A stretch of 64,000 nt of DNA from positions 17,994 through 81,993 of the forward strand of contig CAZCXU010000001.1 of the NCBI GenBank assembly GCA_964502885.1. Reading direction: 5' to 3'. Both the position numbers and the translations under genes were made by a program. Positions 58,584 to 64,000 of this stretch are shown one piece after another. How positions within the stretch are numbered: position 1 is the stretch's first letter; every line of letters starts with the position of its first letter. Under the pieces are notes generated by a model. That model was not told where the DNA came from. It ran no database searches and saw nothing but the letters and a program-made list of their open reading frames with translations. Source of the stretch: an uncultured Gammaproteobacteria bacterium (GTDB lineage Bacteria; Patescibacteriota; Microgenomatia; CAZETR01; Amesbacteraceae).

Positions 58584-59571
58584 GACCAGAGAGGAGCTGA
58601 GCATGATTAAGTTTGGCCCCCAAAGACGAAGTCCGCACGGACACCTGAGACATCTGATTATAAGCATTGGTCACATGCCGTCCCAACACTCCCAAGCTAT
58701 CCTCGATTTGAGAGTAGTCTCCTTGAATGCTTTTTATAAGCTTTAGTAGTTCAAAAGACTTGTCCTGCAACTGCTTGCTTTGGTACGCCATCAACACACC
58801 TTTAAGATATGCGTATAAAGTAGCAGGTGAAACGGGAATGATGCGTTTTTGAGATGCAAAGTCGGTCAGTTCTGAATTGGAAGCAATTTCATAAAAGACA
58901 GATTCACTAGGGATGTACATGAAAGCGATGTCGACAGTGCCCTCGTCTGGATTAATGTATTTCTCAGAAATTGAGGAGGTGTGTTTTTTTACGTCCTGGA
59001 TAAAGTCCTTTTTGGCCCGTTCACGCTGTACTTCTTCTGAAGAAGAAAAAATTAAACGAAAGTTTGACATAGGAAACTTGGAATCAATGCACAACAGGCC
59101 GGCGGCAGTGACAATGGCCGCGTCAACCCGGTTTCCTGACCTAAAAGAATGCTGGACCTTGTAAAGATGCGTCGGAAGTATCTGTTTGAGCATATCGACC
59201 AGGATTTGTTCGCCTAAATTACCCCGAAGTTTCGGGTGATTTAAAAATTCTTGGATATCTTTTATTCCCTTACCAAATTCAGTCATCTCTCCCAAATTTC
59301 GTTGAACCTGAGAGATTAAGGTAGCTGCTGTGTCCAGCCGAGAGTTGAGTTGTTGCGAGTTCTCACGAAGCGCCCTAGATATTTCAAAGGAAGAGCCTCT
59401 CAGGGCTTCGTTCATGTTTCTGTTGGTGTTATCAAGCGAATTCTGCATTGACTGCAACCAGGGCAAGAGATCCACCCCAGGGGACTTTGTCAGCCACTTA
59501 CGGATAAAAAAGAGGCTCACGGAAAAACTAAGCAAAATGACGCACGAGAGGAAAAGAATATCAGTATTCAT
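58525..59571 (-). CDS. rmuC: DNA recombination protein RmuC
   Basis: 348 aa. N-terminal TM segment, a long coiled coil, KLRGNLGEQILVDMLKQ (matching the RmuC TRGQWGE region), and a C-terminal nuclease-like domain. Its 3-prime end overlaps rnhB by 59 nt in convergent orientation. Confidence 0.75.
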   Translation of the reverse strand: MNTDILFLSCVILLSFSVSLFFIRKWLTKSPGVDLLPWLQSMQNSLDNTNRNMNEALRGSSFEISRALRENSQQLNSRLDTAATLISQVQRNLGEMTEFGKGIKDIQEFLNHPKLRGNLGEQILVDMLKQILPTHLYKVQHSFRSGNRVDAAIVTAAGLLCIDSKFPMSNFRLIFSSSEEVQRERAKKDFIQDVKKHTSSISEKYINPDEGTVDIAFMYIPSESVFYEIASNSELTDFASQKRIIPVSPATLYAYLKGVLMAYQSKQLQDKSFELLKLIKSIQGDYSQIEDSLGVLGRHVTNAYNQMSQVSVRTSSLGAKLNHAQLLSGLKDDSSKSSGGLSPQSEQI

Positions 59572-59625
59572 GGAAGTTGGTTATATTATATATGGGTGAG
59601 GAAAAGAAGCCGAAAATCTATTGGA

Positions 59626-59892
59626 ATGGTGGGCGGACTTACCTGCATTACGGGAGTGTTTGTAGTATTGTGGACTACAAAACCAGATCTTCTGGTAAAA
59701 GAGATTCTGGTAATCGGCATGTTGTGGGTGGGGTTATTTTTGGTCTCTGCCTGGATATTTGTAAATCGAAAGGTGGGGTTAGCATTGTCCACAGGAGCTG
59801 TTGCATTGATTATTATGAGCCGAATAGAGATCCTAGACTGGCTGACGGGTCTATTGACAATAATAATTGTCTTAGGCATAAGCCTTTTGTAA
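59626..59892 (+). CDS. Small 3-TM membrane protein, hypothetical
   Basis: ATG 59626 gives MVGGLTCITGVFVVLWTT... The ORF-track GTG is at 59596. Three hydrophobic helices. Competing overlapping ORFs (59577..59933 on +, 59586..60044 on -) look less protein-like. Confidence 0.35.
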   Translation: MVGGLTCITGVFVVLWTTKPDLLVKEILVIGMLWVGLFLVSAWIFVNRKVGLALSTGAVALIIMSRIEILDWLTGLLTIIIVLGISLL

Positions 59893-59944
59893 ATCCGCGC
59901 GATTCGTCTCTGTGCATGGCGATTAGTATATAATCGAAGCGATT

Positions 59945-60349
59945 TTGTATGAATGTATGCAACTCTCAAAAGAAAAGGTAAATCATAATCTGGAAAAACA
60001 GCTGAAATCTGTTTTTTTTCAAATGATCGTTGACATTGATACAACGAAGGACGCAGAAACGATTTTTTCGGATATTTTGAGTGAAACCGAGATGGTGGCG
60101 ATAGTCAAAAGATTGGGAGTGGCTTATTGGTTGAGTAAAAAAAGAAGTTACGCAGTGATTAAATCAAGTCTGAAGGTGTCGTCAGCGACAATCGCATCAC
60201 AGCAACATGAGTTAAAAAAGGCCGGGTGGCAACTTACTATGAAAAAAATAATGGCAGATGAATGGGCTACTCGGTGGGAGCAAAGGATTAAACAATTATG
60301 GAAAATGCCGGGGGCTACTAAATTAAAAATCGACCGTCGGAGTAAATGA
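59945..60349 (+). CDS. TrpR/YerC-YecD-family helix-turn-helix regulator
   Basis: 134 aa. AIVKRLGVAYWLSKKRSYAVIKSSLKVSSATIASQ resembles the YerC/TrpR-like HTH (yerC ...GKTYHEIETETGASTATISRV). Confidence 0.55.
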   Translation: MYECMQLSKEKVNHNLEKQLKSVFFQMIVDIDTTKDAETIFSDILSETEMVAIVKRLGVAYWLSKKRSYAVIKSSLKVSSATIASQQHELKKAGWQLTMKKIMADEWATRWEQRIKQLWKMPGATKLKIDRRSK

Positions 60350-61538
60350 CTTTCCGTTCTCCTGATGCAAGAATTGCGGAAACTGTGCGGTTGGTGGTAC
60401 TAATTATATCAGTGTGAATTGCCGAGTCGTTGAAGCCCAATTTGCGCCAATCAGAAACTTTGAGGTCTGATTGTTTTTTTGAATAACAATCATGATAACT
60501 ACTACCTAATGCAATGTGGGTGTTCCCAAACGGACCGGAAATGTTTTCGTCGTAAAGAGTTTCTGCCATAAAGTGATCTATGCGCGAAATTCGACTATCG
60601 GTAAGAGAGAACTCTCCAAGCCGGTTTGCTCCGGGAACGGAAATCATCTGTTTGAGCAATTCTTCATTGATGTCCGCATGGGATTCAACTACGACCCCGG
60701 CAACAAAGCGTAAAAATACGTTGGTAATCAAACTTCCATATCGATACAATGGCTGGTTAAAACGAATCCAACCATCAGTTCCCCGCCAGTCAGGGGATGT
60801 AAAAATCTCGAATGAGGGGATATTTCTTCCTGACCCCCCTAGCCATTGACGATCTGCGCCTATGGTTATCCATAAATCGGCGTCTTCACCCTCAATGTGG
60901 AGCCTGGAAATCCGCAATCGGTTCAGTGAATTGCGTAGTTTTTCCAGATGGGCAAATATTTCGCGCCATTTAGCGACAGGGTCAGGATGATCTAGAAAAC
61001 AAGCCTTAATGATTTGATCCCAATATGCTTCCAGACTGAGTCCGGCTTCTTTGGCCATTGCAGGTGTTCCATAGGCAGCCAGTGTCCATGTGTAACCCAA
61101 ATTAGCCTCTTTCCTGTCCAGCCAGTTTTTAAAAGGTTTTGCCGATCTTATACGGGTCATTATCTTTTGAGGTTCGATGCCCTCCAGCTCCCGCTTATCG
61201 GATTCAGAAATAATAGTAATTGAGTGATTGATGTCATCGGCAAGCCCTCGATAAAAACGTTTGGGAAAAAATTTCAGCTGATCGATCGAAGAGAGTTCGA
61301 AAAATTCGCGTGACACATCATCGGGAGAATAGAAGGTCAAACAATGACCTCCCGATCTGAGAATCTGATTTCTTACAGCAACATATAATGGCTTTGCTGA
61401 CTCACACGCTTGTAACCTAACCACTTCTCCTGTATGCAGGCCATTGCCAGAATTTAAGGCAAAATTGACTAAAACTTTGGCATATTTATTTAGAACTGAA
61501 TCCGACGGTACATAACCTTCATGCATGATGAAGCTCAT
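60318..61538 (-). CDS. Aminopeptidase, M29 (PepS/AmpS thermophilic metalloprotease) family
   Basis: Start at ATG 61538 (MSFIMHEGYVPSDSVLNKYAKVLVNFALNSGNG). About 406 aa with M29 core regions throughout. The ORF-track TTG/ATG at 61649 lies inside tatD. Confidence 0.75.
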   Translation of the reverse strand: MSFIMHEGYVPSDSVLNKYAKVLVNFALNSGNGLHTGEVVRLQACESAKPLYVAVRNQILRSGGHCLTFYSPDDVSREFFELSSIDQLKFFPKRFYRGLADDINHSITIISESDKRELEGIEPQKIMTRIRSAKPFKNWLDRKEANLGYTWTLAAYGTPAMAKEAGLSLEAYWDQIIKACFLDHPDPVAKWREIFAHLEKLRNSLNRLRISRLHIEGEDADLWITIGADRQWLGGSGRNIPSFEIFTSPDWRGTDGWIRFNQPLYRYGSLITNVFLRFVAGVVVESHADINEELLKQMISVPGANRLGEFSLTDSRISRIDHFMAETLYDENISGPFGNTHIALGSSYHDCYSKKQSDLKVSDWRKLGFNDSAIHTDIISTTNRTVSAILASGERKVIYSDGRFLI

Positions 61539-61636
61539 TATATCTCCATATGGAACCTTTACCACACGATATTGCCTTATGCATATGAGGAATTGGTACG
61601 CACCATTCGTGCCATCTTTTAGTCTAAAATGTGTCA

Positions 61637-62413
61637 ATGATCGATACACACTGTCATTTGACAGATCCGCAGTTGTTTGGCGAAAGAGATCAGGTAATAA
61701 AAAGAGGTGTGGAAGCAGGAATAAAAGGTTTCATAAATAATGGAGCCGGAACAGAGTCATCCATGCAGGGGATAAGAATCGCCGAAGAGTTTCCTGGGGT
61801 ATACACGACAGTAGGCATCCACCCTGAAGAAATTGCAGAATGGAAAAGACTTGGCGATACTGAAACCAAAAGAATTTTACTTGAATTGTGCAGTCACAAA
61901 AAAGTTGTAGCCATAGGCGAGGCTGGTTTTGATATTTATGAGACTACAACAGCCGCAGATGTTGAGGAACAAAAAAAACTATTTGAGATTAATGTGTGGC
62001 TAGCAGAACAAACTGGGTTACCTATGGTAATCCACAATAGGAATGCTGATACTGAACTAATCAGCGCTCTAAAAGACAGAAAGCTGACAGGACAACTACA
62101 TTGTTTTGTAGGCAGTGAAGAATATGCAGTAAAAATGATAAATATGGGTTTTTATGTTTCTCTCGGCGGAATTCTGACGTTTAAGAAATCAACTGCCCTT
62201 CGAGAGACGGCTAAAAATCTTCCCATTGAACGTATTCTTATAGAGACAGATGCTCCGTATCTAGCGCCAGAGCCACTACGCGGACAAAGAAATGAGCCCA
62301 AGAATGTTAAAATCGTGATGGAGGCTTTTGCCCAACTAAAATCGATCACACTGGATGAGGTCTCCAAAGTTACCCAGGAAAACGCCAGATGCCTGTTCCC
62401 AAAATTAATTTGA
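61637..62413 (+). CDS. tatD: TatD-family metal-dependent hydrolase (DNase)
   Basis: ATG 61637 gives MIDTHCHLTD, the canonical TatD HxH start. 258 aa. Confidence 0.9.
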   Translation: MIDTHCHLTDPQLFGERDQVIKRGVEAGIKGFINNGAGTESSMQGIRIAEEFPGVYTTVGIHPEEIAEWKRLGDTETKRILLELCSHKKVVAIGEAGFDIYETTTAADVEEQKKLFEINVWLAEQTGLPMVIHNRNADTELISALKDRKLTGQLHCFVGSEEYAVKMINMGFYVSLGGILTFKKSTALRETAKNLPIERILIETDAPYLAPEPLRGQRNEPKNVKIVMEAFAQLKSITLDEVSKVTQENARCLFPKLI

Positions 62414-63873
62414 CCAGAAAAAGATTTTTTGAAATTGTTCCGGGATTTGTAAGCTGGAACTTGATCCTGTTTCTCGTTTGGGGAGGGTACTTCTTTCCAG
62501 AATTCACTGCATATTTTATATTGGCATTCGACGTCTTCTGGGTGTGGAAGGGGTTATCTCTTACCATTGCCGCAATCATTGCTCACTTGGGGATTAAGTC
62601 AGCCGAAAAATTAAACTGGATGGAGGAAGTAAGACTTTTTGGAGATTGGAAAAAAGTAAAACATGTAGTGATTATTCTGGTGGCTAACGAACCGGTAGAA
62701 GTCTATCGACGAGGAGTCGAGGAACTGCTAAAGCAAACAATTCCACTGAACCAAATAGCAGTAGTTATGGCGACAGAAGAACGATTTCCAAATGCGAAGA
62801 TTGAATGCGAAAAAATGGCGAAAACCCTGGGGAATAAATTTGGAGCATTTTTAATCACAACACACCCTGCAAATATCGTAGGGGAGATAAAAGGCAAATC
62901 CTCTAATGAGGCCTGGGGGGCAAAACGGGCTAAGGAGATTCTGGTTGACCAGTTGGGGTGGGATATTAACTATATGACGGTGACCTCAAACGACTCAGAT
63001 CTGGTGTTGCATCCACAGTATCTGGCATGTTTAACATATAAGTTTTTAGATGATCCAAACCGTTATGAAAGATTTTGGCAACCGGCGGTAGTCTTTTATA
63101 ACAATATCTGGAGAATTCCGGCAATGACGAGAATTGTGAATGTTTTTTCAAATGTTTGGCAAATAGGTGTTTTGGTTAGAAAAGACAGATTAATAAACTT
63201 TTCAAATTACTCCATGTCATTCTCGATGTTAGATAAAATTGGATACTGGGACACTGATGTTATTCCGGAGGATTATCGAATTTTCTTTAAAGCGTTTTTT
63301 AAACTTCAAGGAAGAGTTGAAGTCGAACCAATATTCCTACCATCCAGTGCTGATGCAGCAGAATCCACCTCAACATGGAAAACATTCGTCAATGAGTATG
63401 AGCAAAAAAAGAGGTGGGCGTGGGGGGTCTCGGATCTGCCAGTATTTATTGAAATGTACTTAATACAGCCCCGCGTGTCTTTTGTGAATAAGACTTTAAG
63501 GATTCTTCGAGTAATGCAAGATCATCTTCTGTGGCCGGTAAATTGGTTTATTGTTACGGTTGGGGTTTCTATTGTCACACTGATAAATCCTGTGTTTAAA
63601 CGGACTGCGCTGGGTTTTATGCTTCCCAAGATGTCATCAGGAATTCTTACAGTGACACTATTGTTTTTAGTGATATTGCTTATTATTGAATTCCGCCACC
63701 GACCAGCCCGACCCAAGGATGTGCCGAGATGGAAAATGTGGCTGGCACCATTTGAATTCATACTAATGCCGCTATCCGGGTTTTTCTTCAACGCTCTCCC
63801 CGGACTTGACGCACACACACGATTAATGATGGGGAAGTATTTGGAATATCGAATAACGGACAAGGTGAAGTAA
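62389..63873 (+). CDS. Processive GT2-family membrane glycosyltransferase (cellulose/chitin/hyaluronan-synthase-like) with D, DxD and QxxRW motifs
   Basis: 494 aa. 2 N-terminal TM segments, a GT-A domain (VTSNDSDLVL DxD; QKKRWAWG QxxRW), and 3-4 C-terminal TM segments. Overlaps the tatD end by 25 nt. Confidence 0.8.
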   Translation: MPVPKINLTRKRFFEIVPGFVSWNLILFLVWGGYFFPEFTAYFILAFDVFWVWKGLSLTIAAIIAHLGIKSAEKLNWMEEVRLFGDWKKVKHVVIILVANEPVEVYRRGVEELLKQTIPLNQIAVVMATEERFPNAKIECEKMAKTLGNKFGAFLITTHPANIVGEIKGKSSNEAWGAKRAKEILVDQLGWDINYMTVTSNDSDLVLHPQYLACLTYKFLDDPNRYERFWQPAVVFYNNIWRIPAMTRIVNVFSNVWQIGVLVRKDRLINFSNYSMSFSMLDKIGYWDTDVIPEDYRIFFKAFFKLQGRVEVEPIFLPSSADAAESTSTWKTFVNEYEQKKRWAWGVSDLPVFIEMYLIQPRVSFVNKTLRILRVMQDHLLWPVNWFIVTVGVSIVTLINPVFKRTALGFMLPKMSSGILTVTLLFLVILLIIEFRHRPARPKDVPRWKMWLAPFEFILMPLSGFFFNALPGLDAHTRLMMGKYLEYRITDKVK

Positions 63874-64000
63874 AAGAACAATAATCGCAGGCACAGGATC
63901 GCTGTAGAATTTTTTGGGTATTGCCCGCAAATAGACAGATGTGACATTTTGTTTTGGTATCGGCTATAGTTATTTTTAATATGCTGTTGAATTTTAAACA

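Noticed and set aside
59577-60044. Competing ORFs 59577..59933 on + (Cys-rich, 118 aa) and 59586..60044 on - (152 aa), versus 59596..59892 on +
   Set aside because: Only the 59626..59892 frame gives three clean TM helices. The others are low-complexity or basic with no recognisable features. Even the chosen ORF is low-confidence.

Overview
Gene-dense bacterial chromosome segment of about 45% GC (estimated by eye). Small proteins, no L30, a short IF-2, a DnaJ without a zinc finger, weak or absent Shine-Dalgarno motifs and broken str/alpha operons point to a streamlined genome, possibly Patescibacteria/CPR-like (inference). From 1 to about 40 kb the content is core information processing. It holds an alaS fragment at the window edge, ftsK, RNase J, UDG family 4, a Lon-like AAA+ module, pnp, rpsO, infB, nusA, dnaJ, fusA-tuf, an almost complete S10-spc-alpha ribosomal cluster (rpsJ to rpsK, with secY, adk, map, infA and rpmJ), the hrcA-grpE-dnaK operon with a CIRCE operator, lepA, murJ and rpsT. 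From 40 to 55 kb lies a cell-envelope island. It encodes orphan PilN/PilO-like proteins and a large Thr/Pro-rich surface protein ending in an LPESG sorting signal. It also encodes a HAD hydrolase, a GT4 glycosyltransferase, three consecutive GT-C-like polytopic membrane proteins (PMT/ArnT-like GT39, an unknown one and a YYY/DUF2298 protein), an LCP ligase and two tandem FemAB-family genes. A 32-bp promoter module occurs three times in this island: a perfect tandem duplication upstream of the FemAB pair and a diverged copy upstream of the YYY gene. Each copy places TATAAT 6-7 nt before the start codon. The right end carries a UvrD helicase with a Cas4-like Fe-S nuclease fused to it, rnhB, rmuC, a TrpR/YerC-like regulator, an M29 aminopeptidase, tatD and a processive GT2 synthase. 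I saw no rRNA, tRNA, CRISPR array, transposase or integrase. Two real genes are missing from the ORF track: rpmJ (37 aa, too short for the track) and an RRM RNA-binding protein that has no ATG/GTG/TTG start. ORF-track starts that begin with TTG/GTG read-through were trimmed where homology or operon overlap indicated.
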